This document shows, piece by piece, positions 14,882-36,132 of a stretch of 64,000 nt of DNA (within the stretch, counting starts at the first letter, position 1; the number at the start of each line of letters is the position of its first letter). The notes beneath the pieces are model-generated. The model did not search any database and had not been told where the DNA came from. It worked only from the letters and a program-made list of their open reading frames with translations. The position numbers and the translations under genes were made by a program. This stretch comes from Hormiphora californensis (lineage: Eukaryota; Animalia; Ctenophora): assembly GCA_020137815.1 (NCBI GenBank), contig CM035360.1, positions 6,944,001 to 7,008,000 of the forward strand. The letters are read 5' to 3'.

Positions 14882-16216
14882 GGGCTGCAGCACGCGTGCA
14901 CTTGTGCTTTAATTTTTTACACTGATTGGTCACTCATTCTCCTCACGTGATCAGACCAGGTATAATTGGGAGCTTGGTTAAAACCTTGCACGTGGGGTAT
15001 AGGGGAAACCTCTCAAGGGGGTCAAAAGAGAGAGATAGAGGGTGAAAAGAGAGAGAAGGAGAGAAGGAGGTGTTGTTGTTGGGGGTTAAATCTGTGTCCA
15101 CCCAATTAAGGGCACTGAGCACGACACTAAACCAAGTTCCGCCTCTTTCCCCGTCTCACAGTACACTTCCTCCCCCCTTTTTTTACTATCTCTCTCACGC
15201 CCTTTCTATATTATTTATCACGCCCCGTTTTAACAACACTAATTTTCCACCAGGTCCATTTGAGCGTGGCAAGGAGTTAAAGATAATTAATGTTTTGACG
15301 GACATTAAAAAAGGTCTTCTGTGACAAAAGTAGGACTTCCAGTCTGAATTTGATAATGAGGAATTTTCCAAGACCTGTATCAAGGCGGCAGAACATGGCC
15401 GTCCAGAGATCTCTCTGATCGCTCTGATAATATCTTGTTTTCTCTATAGTCACGTGCCCGCCTCGTATAGGAGGAGGAGGCTGCTATTATGAAGAGAGAG
15501 TGATGATATGTGTCGAGATGTGCAAAGCAACATTTGTTGAAGGACCAATGATTGTATAATATCTCTTTAATTACAGCATTTGTAAGGGCTTTAACAAGCT
15601 CCCTGACAGACTATCGGAAACACACTTTGAAACTGTGGGATATATCTCGCAGTAATATCAATATCTAGATATACTTAGCTAAAGCTTTAAAGTATCAATA
15701 ATTTAGCGAACTGGAGCAGCAAATTGAGCTGAGCTCTCAACCGAATTTAAGAGTGAACATTCGTATTTCGTGAACATTGAACAATGACGACTGAAATTAT
15801 TTGTATGAATTTAACTATAACTGAATTGATATTCAAGCTGTGTATTTAATCTGATTTCAGATATTTGTTTCGAACAATGTTCGCTCCTTATTATTTTGAG
15901 AGTTTCTATTTATCCAAATGAAATCGAGTTGTCCATCGCATCCCCCGACCTCATATGTTACCGGTATGCCACAACAATTGAGGATGACGGTTGATTCAGC
16001 CAGAAACCTTTGGAGCCGCTAAAGCTCCCCACGTTTCACACCGCTTGTGCAACCATGCGGGTGCCATGTGGTTCCGAAAGCGCGCAAGAGTGCTCACGAA
16101 GCAGCTTTCCTTCGAAAGTGATGTCGCACTCGATTTTGTTAGTACGCGCAAAACAAAGTCTTCGCCGCGCATTCAAAAATCTCGCGCGCGCTCTCTCTCA
16201 ATATTGAGCGGCTGCA

Positions 16217-17303
16217 TTGGGCTGATGTTCCCGAACAGATTAGTATCACACCCGAGAACGTTAGTCAGTGCTATAATTCTATCAAATATGCACCTGCGAG
16301 GGCGTTTACCCCTGATTGCTCAAACCCACCCGAAAATCACATGGGGACACTCTTCAAACATTGTCTTAAGGACCTAACTCCAAATCAAGTTATTGATGTC
16401 ACCACTCGTCTCTTTCTGTCCAGTGCTAAACTTGCGCAAGCAGCCATGAACAATTTGAACACAGTAATCACTGCAGAGAAACTCGAGAAGCAACTCTCTA
16501 CGTGCAAAGAAGAGCTTGAACGAAATCGTGTGTTGGTCATTGAACTGCAACAAACGGTCATAAATGTACAGAAGGAACAACTGAACTCAGTAGAAACGTC
16601 AGTGCAGAAGGTGAAAGCCTACTCGACAGTCCTGGCTCAAAACTTTGCTGCAGCCTCCCCTGTGGCGAAAAAGCTGCCAACTCCTCCTAAGCCACCAACT
16701 TCTAATCCTCCTGCTACAGTAGTAGCCCAGGCTAACCGAGAGAAGAACTTGGTAATATTTGGGCTCCCAGAAACAACTGAGAATGGTGCTAGAGCCAATC
16801 TGGATGAGCTATTTGAAATATTGAACGAGAAACCGAAAGTTGCCAACATGAAACGTATCGGTGAGAAAACGAGGAACGCCCTAGGCCGCTCTTAGTATCT
16901 CTTGAGAATAGAGCAACCCTTTTGGCGTTGCTGAAGAAGGCACGGCAGCTAAAAGAATCCAAAAAACACTCTACCGTATATCTGTCGCCGGATCTTAACC
17001 CCTCCCAACTAAAGGAGCGAAAAGCTCTGCTAGCCACCTTGAAACGGGTTCGTACAGATGATCCAGGTGGCAATTATTACATCAGAAACAATGTGATCCA
17101 AGTCGGATAGCGAACTGAACCTTATCGGACTGTTTCTATATGTTACCCCGCTTTAGGTAACTGCCGATGCTTTAAGCCTCTCGGCCTTGTAGGATTTATA
17201 TACTTAACTATATAGGTCTATAGTGTAAGAGCGGGAAGAGTCTGTTAATGACTCTAATATAAATTGTGATGTTCATTTTCATTTTTCATTTTCATTTTCA
17301 TTC
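16217..17303 (+). mobile_element. ORF1-only non-LTR retroelement-like unit, frameshifted copy
   Basis: ORFs 16341-16895 and 16922-17110 join via a frameshift near 16870-16880 into a coiled coil + REKNLVIFGLPE...RPLLV...LLKKARQLK...VYLSPDL protein (L2/CR1-type ORF1 RRM/CTD layout). The N-terminus extends upstream with frameshifts (ADVPEQ...IKYAPARAFT). The 3' end has an AGAGTC-N7-GACTCT stem-loop and a (CATTTT)n tail at ~17272-17303. No ORF2. Confidence 0.6.
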
Positions 17304-17597
17304 ACTCTGGTTTTGTGAATGTACAAATCTATCAACTCTCTATTCACAGGATATCACATCACAATGTTGCCAAAAGGGATTTGAAGTCTTATCGTTCACT
17401 ATCATACTCTGCAAGACACAAATACACCATTTTTCAAGACCAAGCTCAACATTACCTGATTAAGACCTCATCTTTTCCATGACGGGCACACCTTTTGACC
17501 TTTCAAGTCTCAAACTTTTCAACACTACTTTAAACAAATTAATTTGAGTTTCAGCAACATGGCGATGTAACGGCCCCAAAGGGCAGAACGTAAGATA

Positions 17598-18560
17598 ATG
17601 GCAGACGAACAACGAGAATTGGACTTTGCTGTAAGACGGATTCTGACGCTGGCCAAAAGTGGAGAGAGCTCTGTCGCTGGCAATGTCTTAAAAAAGTGCA
17701 GGAGCAGTCCAGATTTCAACGATGCTGAAATACCGTCATCAGTTAAAATCAACTCTGTACACACGAAATATGAGCTAAAGCAACTGATTGAAGAAATGAG
17801 CTTTGCAACGTTTATTGTTCTAAAACACTTTGAGCGTCATATCTTTGCCGAGAAATCCCCTGAGATGGTACTCAAAGAGGAGCGAGATGAACTCAAAGAG
17901 GAGCGAGATGAACTGTTGAGAAAATCTCTCGAGCTGCAGGAGCAGGAGGAGAAGTTGAAAGTGGAGTGTGATGATCTTTTGAGAAGAACTGTCAAGTTAC
18001 AAGAGCAGGTTATTGAGCTTCAGGGCGAGCAACTGAATCGAGTTACCGAGACGGTACAGAAAGATTTGCGTACTTTCTCTGCAGTCGTCACACAGAATTG
18101 TAAGACTGCGTTTGCATCGAAAAAGATCCAGAAAGCCGTGGAAAAGGTCACGCACAAGCCAGTTGATACCGGCCCAGACAGATCGAAAAATCTGATGGTG
18201 TTTGGTCTACCGAAATGTGAGGATGAAACTGAATCTGTGTTAAAGGGTGAAGTGGAAAATGTTTTTGCTGAGCTAGGCGAGAAACCGACCATAGAAGCTA
18301 GAAGGGTGGGTTTGAAACGGGGAGGAAGGGAGAGACCAGTGATTGTGAAGCTACAGAGTAGGGAAATGCTGCTAAGCCTTCTCCAGAAGGCAAAGCAGCT
18401 AAAACAGTTAGAATCGTACTGCGGTGTATATCTTGCAAGGGATATGTCCTTCGCAGAGAGAAGTGAGAGGAGAGAACTCCACCAAACGTTGAAGGAGTTG
18501 AGGGACTCGAATCCTGGAGGCCAATTCCGGGTACGGAGGGGGGTGATAGACTTTTCATAA
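17598..18560 (+). CDS. Intact intronless LINE ORF1-like protein (coiled coil + RRM + CTD), 320 aa, no downstream ORF2
   Basis: Heptad coiled coil, then DRSKNLMVFGLP, RPVIVKL, LLQKAKQLK, VYLARDMS..ER..RR.L. Followed ~100 nt later by an (AAT)n tail at 18660-18682. Homologous to the upstream frameshifted copy. Confidence 0.75.
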   Translation: MADEQRELDFAVRRILTLAKSGESSVAGNVLKKCRSSPDFNDAEIPSSVKINSVHTKYELKQLIEEMSFATFIVLKHFERHIFAEKSPEMVLKEERDELKEERDELLRKSLELQEQEEKLKVECDDLLRRTVKLQEQVIELQGEQLNRVTETVQKDLRTFSAVVTQNCKTAFASKKIQKAVEKVTHKPVDTGPDRSKNLMVFGLPKCEDETESVLKGEVENVFAELGEKPTIEARRVGLKRGGRERPVIVKLQSREMLLSLLQKAKQLKQLESYCGVYLARDMSFAERSERRELHQTLKELRDSNPGGQFRVRRGVIDFS

Positions 18561-19053
18561 TGGGTATCTTCAATGAACTTTAATATCTATCGGTAACCCG
18601 TATTTGCCCACAAAAAAGGGGCTTATTTATACAATTAAATTGTGTAAATTATATAGATTTAATAATAATAATAATAAAAATAACAAGTTCCTTATTGAGA
18701 CTGGTGTAGTAATTTTTTACGTTGAGATCTATGGCCTCTGTTGCGCTATATTTTTGTAGACTTTTGTATGATTCTATCTTGTGGATATTCAGTGTTCAGT
18801 TTATGCTGTTTTGATTAACTTATTAACTATTTATTAATTATATTTGACAGTTTATGCTGTTTTTTAATTAACTTATTAACTATGTATTTAATTATATGAC
18901 AACGAGGACTTTCGGAAGGACATTGATACGAAGATGCGCTTTAGAAAGCGAGTTTTGATCGAAAGGACGCTTTAGTATAAGTCGATCGAGATAAACACTT
19001 TTCGCTCAAAAGCGATTTAAATATGTTAAATGTTATTGTTATTGTTATTGTTA

Positions 19054-19190
19054 ATTTTCCCGCGGTCGTTGCTCCACCCCTGATGAGACTTGAGATTTTG
19101 AGGTTTGGAAGAACTCGAAATGATCTTCCTAACCTCAAAATTTAATTTCTCTATCTCATCATGGTGTGGAGCAATGACCGTGGGAAATTT
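19054..19190. repeat. Imperfect ~135-bp hairpin (small MITE or structured RNA)
   Basis: AATTTTCCCGCGGTCGTTGCTCCAC...TGATGAGA...TTTTGAGGTT pairs with AACCTCAAAA...TCTCATCA...GTGGAGCAATGACCGTGGGAAATT. Confidence 0.7.
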
Positions 19191-19295
19191 CACCAGGGGT
19201 GTAGCCTACACCGTGTAGGAATGAATTTCAAAGACCAAAGTGGAGGGGCGAAGTCACGTGACAAATTAAAGCGCTGGTCAGGCTGACCAGAAAAA

Positions 19296-19336
19296 AAAAA
19301 TTCCGGGCGCTGACCAGGTCAGCGCCCGGAATTTTT
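19296..19336. repeat. Perfect palindrome ~200 bp upstream of the LRP2BP ATG
   Basis: AAAAATTCCGGGCGCTGACC-A-GGTCAGCGCCCGGAATTTTT, with an E-box GTCACGTGAC at ~19253. Confidence 0.8.
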
Positions 19337-19532
19337 GGAGGCCGTCTCTACAAGGGTTGAGAGGGTTGGAACCATAGTTTCCTTTCCCCGGCCTGGCGAT
19401 TTAGTCACCTGTACCAGCACATACGAAAAATTTCACAAAAACCAAAAGAGGGCTATTGTTGCTTGGGTTTTCCTCGAGTCACATTTGGGCTTCGTAAAAT
19501 AATCCAAACTATTGTTACTGTTTTTTATAGTG

Positions 19533-22500
19533 ATGGCCGAGGTGGAGAAACCAGTGACCCTGGCCAGTGATCGGGCTGTGCCCGACAGCTCAGGCGCTGG
19601 TGAGAGCAGGGTAACAACAGTCGATGAGATCGGCATGGATAAAATCAGAACATTGGCAGAACAAGGCCACACTAAGAGTCAGTTCAAGTAAGTGGTCATA
19701 TACCCCAACTGTTACTATTCCTTAGAACAGGAAAGCTGTGTCGTGTCACGTCTGAGTCTGGATTTAGTTATTTGATACGTACTTGGCAAATGTTCAGTGA
19801 ATTACCCCTTCCCACAGATTGGGAATGTACCATTTCAAGAGAGAAGAACACGATAAAGCGATATCATGGCTGACTAGTGCGAGTAAAATGGGTGATATGC
19901 AGGCGTTATTTCAACTTGCTATCATGCATTATGACGGTATTGGAACTCTCGCTAATCTCGTAAGTTCAGGAATAGGCATTGATAGCACATTGATAGCACC
20001 CAGGATTTAAATATACTAGCAAACCCGTTCGCCCCACGGGCGAATTTCGGTGAAATGGTAGCTGGATTAGGGAACACTGAAATATGATCCCTCGCCTTTT
20101 CTCTCTCTCTCTTTCTCTCCCTTCTATGTATGTCATTTGACCCCTCAAGTTCTCCAGCACTTGTGATACGTGATACCTACGAATCACATCGTCACACTGA
20201 CGGATCACGTCGTCACATTAACGGATCACGTCGTCACATTAACGGATCACGTCGTCACACTGACGGATCACGTCGTCACATTGGCGATAGGGTGTCACAT
20301 TTCCGTGCAAATTTGCATTAGATATAGTTAGATGTATACAAAAACTTATTTTGTTTTTTAGACGAAAGGAGTAGAACTGCTAAAGATGGTGGTTGATAAT
20401 GGGGATCCAGCATTTCAGTTTCTAATCCCCCACGCTCAGTACAACTTGGGAATGGCTGCTTTCATGGTAAGACATCCCCTTGTCGGTCGATCTTTTACTC
20501 TCGTCCCATCTTGTGCATTGTGCAGTGAGACATCCCATATTCACATCAGTTTCTCTCTCTATCTCTCTCTCTCCCTCTTTCTCTCTCCCTCTGTCTCCCT
20601 CTCTCTCTCCCTCTCTCACCCTGTTTATCTCTCTTCATCTCACTCTCTGGTATTCAGTTTTCCGGGTCACAGTTATCCCTACAGCCCCAGGATTATGTAA
20701 ACACTCTCTGAACTCCTCCTTCCTAGAAAATTACATTTGTGATTTGTTACTAGCTGGGAGAGGGAGCCGGTAGAGTAGTGTACATTATACAGCAACATAG
20801 GTTTATTATAGTAGTATATTAGGTTTATTATATTAGTATTTATCATATTAGTATATTGGCCAGTGTATAATGTGAAACCATTTATGTGTGGTTCAGTCAG
20901 TTACGTTACCAGTTAAAGTAAGAGTGGCGTGCCGTGTTTTCTCACAAAACTTAGTGGATGAACGGGGAGTACCACCAGGACCATTGGTACGGTATCGAAA
21001 ATTTCCAATTCTGTCTCGTTCATTAGTTATGACGTAATATGTTCATTATTTCGACTTTTATAAAATTGCTCTACAGAAAAATCTGTGCATTGTGGATTGA
21101 AATGGATGCTTGCATCGTGTTCAGCGTCAAAAAATAGCCGGGGTACCAAATTTTGGTGTCTCTACCTTGTCTGTGACGCGAGATATCGACAAATATCAAA
21201 AACGACCAAAGTGAGAGAAAGAGAGTTTGTTACAAGTGGGTGGCGCGCACAAACAACTAGCACCCAAAGATAACAAACTCTCTTTCTCCCATTTTTGATC
21301 GTTTTTGATAATTGTCGATATCTCGCGTCACAGACAAGGTAGAGACACCAAAATTTGGTACCCCGGCTATTTTTTGACGCTGAACACGATGCAAGCATCC
21401 ATTTCAATCCACAATGTACAGATTTTTCTGTAGAGCAATTTTATGAAAGTTGAAATAATGAACATATTACGTCATAACTAATGAACGAAACAGAATTGGA
21501 AATTTTCGATACCGTACCAATGGTCCTGGTGGTACTCCCCGTTCATCCACTAAGTTTTGTGAGAAAACACGGCGCACCACTCTTACTTTAAAGGTCATCT
21601 GATCTGAGATATCCTTCATTTTAATTCTTAAACAAATGAATATTTTCCGAACCGTCTGGCCGCTGGCGGTGTTGACCTTATCTTGCAGGCTCTCAATAGT
21701 TTAGCAAGGTGTCGCATGACAGCAATGATTGTATGACTTGTTAAAATCACTCCCATTTTCCCCTACAGGGTTACGGAATGCCTCAAAATGATGACTTGGC
21801 TGAACACTATTGGCTACAAGCAGGTACATGTCTAGGCATTCCTAATTCCTTCCAAACAGTCTCCATATCTCCCTTTGTTCAGTCACAGTCTCTAGCGAAA
21901 CTGTTCGTATTACCCACTTCCCAGTCACACTTTCAAAATACAACCCCCCCCCCCCCACAGGTAAAGAGGGTGACCCGGATGGCAGTATAGCTGCCCAATC
22001 CCAACTAGGCATGTTCTACACCAGGCGAGATACTAAGGACCTGAAGAAGGCTTTCTATTGGCACTACTTTGCTGCTGAGAATGGAAATCTAGAGAGCAAA
22101 GGTACAAATAACATGTACCAATTCTCAATTTCATCCTAATGCTAGCTTCCAAGTTCCAAACAATATTTCATTTTTGCAGTTGTTGTTGCCGTAAATGAGA
22201 GACACAGTGTACTAACACACCCCCGTTTATTCCTCTGTCTAACTCATCCCTCTCTCTCGCTAGGTGCACTTGGAGTAATGTACTACACAGGAGGTGGTAC
22301 TGACGCTGACAGAGAACTGGCATTCAAGTGTCTGTGCGAGGCCAGTGAGAGGGGCTCCCTATACGCTCAGGGGAACCTCGTTGTCTACTACTACGAGAGC
22401 CGTCTCTTTACTCGAGCTGCACATTGTGCATGGAGGTAGCCTACCTCTAAGGAAATTTAAGGGGAAATACTTGTTGAGCGGGGATGATTGTGATAGTTAA

Positions 22501-23151
22501 ATTCAGTCTAAACTAGATTTAAATCTTCCCATCCCCCAGTATCGCTCAGACAGAGGATGTGAAAGCAGCAGCTGAGAAGATTGGGTTGTTGTTAGCCTTT
22601 GTTCGAAGAGGTGTCGCACTTGGGTGTTTTTATTACGCCCGATGTCTCCAGACGGGACGAGGCGTCCAGAAAAACGAATCCGAGGCAGTTCAGTACTTCA
22701 AAAAGGTAACATATTTTCAATATCTTGACTGTCCTCGGTCTAAGTGTAAAACCTGTTAGCAGGGAATTCAGATTCGGAACATCTTGTGCAGACATTTCGA
22801 ATATGAATTCCGTATCATGCTTGTTATTGTGTGTATTTGTGGGGCACGTCTGTCCCAGCATTTCAGCTACATGTCAGGAGGGCGCGGAGTCTCGCTAACA
22901 TTGGGACACTCCAACTCTCTTCGTCTGTAAGCGCGCGCCACTGCGCGTCCCGGCAACACAAGGCAGACAAACCAGCTGCCTTGAAATTGAAGATGGTTTC
23001 ATGTTGGAAAGGCAAGGGGGAAACCGAGGACCAATTTCCAATTAAGATAAAGGTGTCAAGTTTCTCACATTTTTTTGTTTTACAGGCGATTGAAGCTTGT
23101 CCCTTAACGGCATCTGAGTTGCAACAGAAATTGAAGAATGATGAACTGTGA
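19533..23151 (+). CDS. LRP2BP: LRP2-binding protein (Sel1-like repeat protein), multi-exon
   Basis: Spliced exons give ALFQLAIMHYDGIG, AQYNLG, AQSQLGMFY..KDLKKAFYWH..AAENGNLESKGALGVMY, ASERGSLYAQGNLVVYYY, RGVALGCFYYARCLQTGRG and a C-terminal ASELQQKL. These are colinear with remembered vertebrate LRP2BP motifs. Confidence 0.9.
20180..20282. repeat. 21-bp minisatellite (CGTCACATTAACGGATCACGT), ~4-5 copies, intronic
   Basis: Direct tandem copies visible in an LRP2BP intron. Confidence 0.85.
20917..21587. mobile_element. Non-autonomous palindromic DNA transposon, Kolobok-like (TTAA TSD, AG...CT termini)
   Basis: Near-perfect ~315-bp inverted arms around a ~38-bp spacer, flanked TTAA|AGTAAGAG...CTCTTACT|TTAA, inside an LRP2BP intron. 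Confidence 0.8.
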
Positions 23152-23507
23152 ATCCAGCCTCATAGACCCTTCTTCTACCAAATGCAATAGAGAGAGAGTG
23201 TTTCTCCAATGTAAATAGAACCATGTAGAGCGTGTTCAGAGCTAATAATATAAGTCATACAATATTTATGAAATTGTAAATACAGATGTACATTTGTTTG
23301 TATAGTGTGTTTTTAACAGATGTAACAGATCTTCCTACAAAATTAACCGACTTTTATATTCCCTCCATTCCCCTTACCCTTTTGGTTGATCCTTCTCTCC
23401 CTCTACCCCTAGTTGCTAGTTCCCCTCCTACATTGCTCGATCCCCCCCTCTCTTCTTCATTCTCCACCACTCAACTAAAACTGTTTCCCTCAACTATAGC
23501 TGTAGCG

Positions 23508-32760
<9,253 letters not shown>

Positions 32761-35321
32761 CTAATATATAGGACTTTTAACAAACGGGAGACTGCAGAAT
32801 TACAATTAAATGTTTCGCTAGGGATGATGATAGACAAATGTTGGGACGCTGCTTGAAGAGGGCTCTTCATTTTGTATTTCTCAACAAGGAGAAGATGATG
32901 ATCTGCTAAATCAGGGTGTTGCTGATAGCTGTGTGTGTGCTGCATGGAGAGGGGTTTTATGTGATTAAACGTTAATACATGTGTGCGTGGATAACTCAAA
33001 TTGTTTTTACCAACAAAACCAACAAACCAAGAACCGAATTACGAAGTCCAAAAAAACCAAGAATTAAAACACTCCCTCATTCTTCATTTTCAATATCACG
33101 AGGTAAGCTCCGCTGGTTCAAATTCGCAAATATCATACATCCATGCTGGTTGAAATGTTTGTTTTGTGTTTACTAAAACACAAGGAAAGTTTCTGTTACA
33201 AATATCAGACCGAATTTCCACACACTCAAAAGTTGATGAGTATCCCTTCTTTTGACCATGTTGCTGATTAACAGGTCACGTGGCAAGCGAGAAGGTAACA
33301 TGAACCTGAGGTGTATCGGCACGGCTGGCAGGAACTTCACTTCCGCCATTCTCAGATCACCTTGCACATTTAGTTTTGGGTTTCTAAATTTATTTGCATT
33401 AAATAAGAAGAAGGATAGATTTCGAAGATGGATTCTTAGGATAGGATAGTGTCAGTCGTAAACCCGTGGTATGGGAAATAAAAACATATCGGTGGTAGAA
33501 TTTGGATAATAACATCACGTCACGTCGTCACATAATATTACTACAGCTACTATTATTCTTAGTAGCAGTACGTGGTGTGCCGACAAAGGATCACATATAT
33601 AATATACCGTGTAAGTTGTTAGTGAGTTTAGAATGGCGCTACCATGGTAACCTATATAAAGCGGAAGAAGGGAGAGATATTAATATAAAGTGAAAATATT
33701 GAGAGAGAGAGATATTGTGAATGTTGACATTATCATTATTTCTCTCTGCCAAACAGTGGTCGTTAGTGAAGGCTTGGTTATCCCCCCTCCGCTCTCCAAG
33801 CACAAGTTGGTTTATTTTAGGCGCGTCGATTAAAGATGCTATCAACACGTGTGTCTGACGTCTGTGTACTAGTAACATGTGGCTTGTGGTTAAAGCAGTG
33901 GTTCGATACTCTACTTTAGAATGTTTCAGAATATTATTTGTCTGTAGCAGTTTGAGGATGATTTGTTGTAGGAATATTCGGTCATAGCCCCCCCCCCCCG
34001 TCATACCCTCCATAAGTCATCAATATGATACGTCATCTACTCAGGAGAAGCATTCAGGCTTATCATTACCAGTACTCGCCCTTGTGTCCTATCTTTAGAC
34101 AGGCTTGTCATTACTGGAGAGGCTTGCCACGGGAAAGACTCGGTGAACTGTGAATCTTGTTGTTGAGTAGGATGCATGTATTCAGTATCGTGTGCGGTAT
34201 GGTATTGTCATTAACATTAAGTGAACAAGCTAGTCCAGCGGTCTATTGAGAGTTGTTTTATTTGATGATGCATTGTTGCATCAATCCTATACTCTGGTTT
34301 TGTCAGACACTGACTGTACACCGCACAACCTCGCGGCCTCACCTAGCCTTCGGCCCGGTGCGAAGAGGACGGTCTTACATGAGACAACTCTGGTTGCAGT
34401 GGCGGAGAGATATTGTGTTAAGCTTGTTATTTCAGTTCACACATAGCTCAACACACACAGATCAGGATGTCCGACAGGATTGTTTTTCTAGCTCCTGAAG
34501 ATGAAGAGAGATGAAGTTGTAGAGTAAGAGAGAGTGTGTGAGAGGGAGAGAGGGAGAGATGGAAAGAGAGTTTGTGCGAGGGAGAAAGAGGGAGAGAAAA
34601 GAGAGATGGAGATGGATATTGGATGGATCACTAGATAAGATGAACGTGTTACTATACCTACTATACGTCTCTTTTTACTCGTGCGGTTTAAAGTGGATAA
34701 TTTTAGTTTATTCAAATATTAATTTAAATCTTTCTTTTCTTCTTTTCATTACTACGACAACGTCAGAAGCCTTTTCATTTTTACCGAACTAATTGCCCCT
34801 ATGAAACGTTTTAAACGGTACCGCGTACACTTTTAAATGGAGCCATTACTGGAGAGTCTCGTAGCAAGAGTTCATTGTCATTCCCTACGTTATAGGACCC
34901 ACGCCCTACACTGGTCTAGACTTTATACAGTTGACAAACAATGGATATGACTAGTGAAGTTCACTGTTCATTTGTCAGCTGTCTTTATGTTTTAGAACAC
35001 TAATTCGACAAATTCTAATAGGCTCATCATTACCAGGCCTCACTTCAAACACTACAATACAGTTGAGGATCTAGAAACCCGGATCGTCCATTATATCCCT
35101 GTTTTACACGCTCGCAGGGGTAACAAGGATTTCCAATGACGGTGACATAAGTATTTTTCGTCATTCCCTGGCCCATTTTACAACTTAGAACAGTCAGTAG
35201 TCACTTAATTGCCCAATTGTCTGTTGAGGTTTTCTGGTACTATGTAGTTAGTCGCCTAATCTTCCGAGAGCTATAGTTATTATTCTGGCGAATATAATAA
35301 CGTGTTTCTCTCTCTCTCTCT

Positions 35322-35400
<79 letters not shown>

Positions 35401-35497
35401 TCCCTTTTCTCTCCATTAATGACTCTGGTACCATGGTAACGGCCTGGGCAATTGGAAATTACTCTACACAGTTCATATCTCCTTCTATCTTAGTTTT

Positions 35498-35589
<92 letters not shown>

Positions 35590-35950
35590 ATCTGCCTCTT
35601 CCGCTAAGGGCAAGTAATGATACAACTAACAACATTGTTCACGACTCCAAGTTAGCTCTATTCATATGGATGGGGCAGATGGGGCTACGAGATATGTTTA
35701 GGAGATCTGTAGGAAGATAGGAGAGAGGGAGGGAGAGATAAATAGTGAGAGAGGGGAGATAGAGAGCGATTTGTTGCGTTGTAGTTTCACTGTACGTGTT
35801 CGATGTTTGCTCTCCCTTTTAGCTGTTCACGTGAAGTCGTGAAAGCATTTGCTTCGTAACTCCTAGAACCTCTACACGTGCCCCTCCCTCCCACAACAAC
35901 AAGATCCCTAGTTATAGTTGTATCTCCTTTTCTCAGAGTTTACCTGTCTG

Positions 35951-36132
<182 letters not shown>

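Noticed and set aside
21085-21407. Two near-identical ORFs on opposite strands (also 41734-41922 and 46814-47023)
   Set aside because: Simply the two arms of inverted-repeat transposons.
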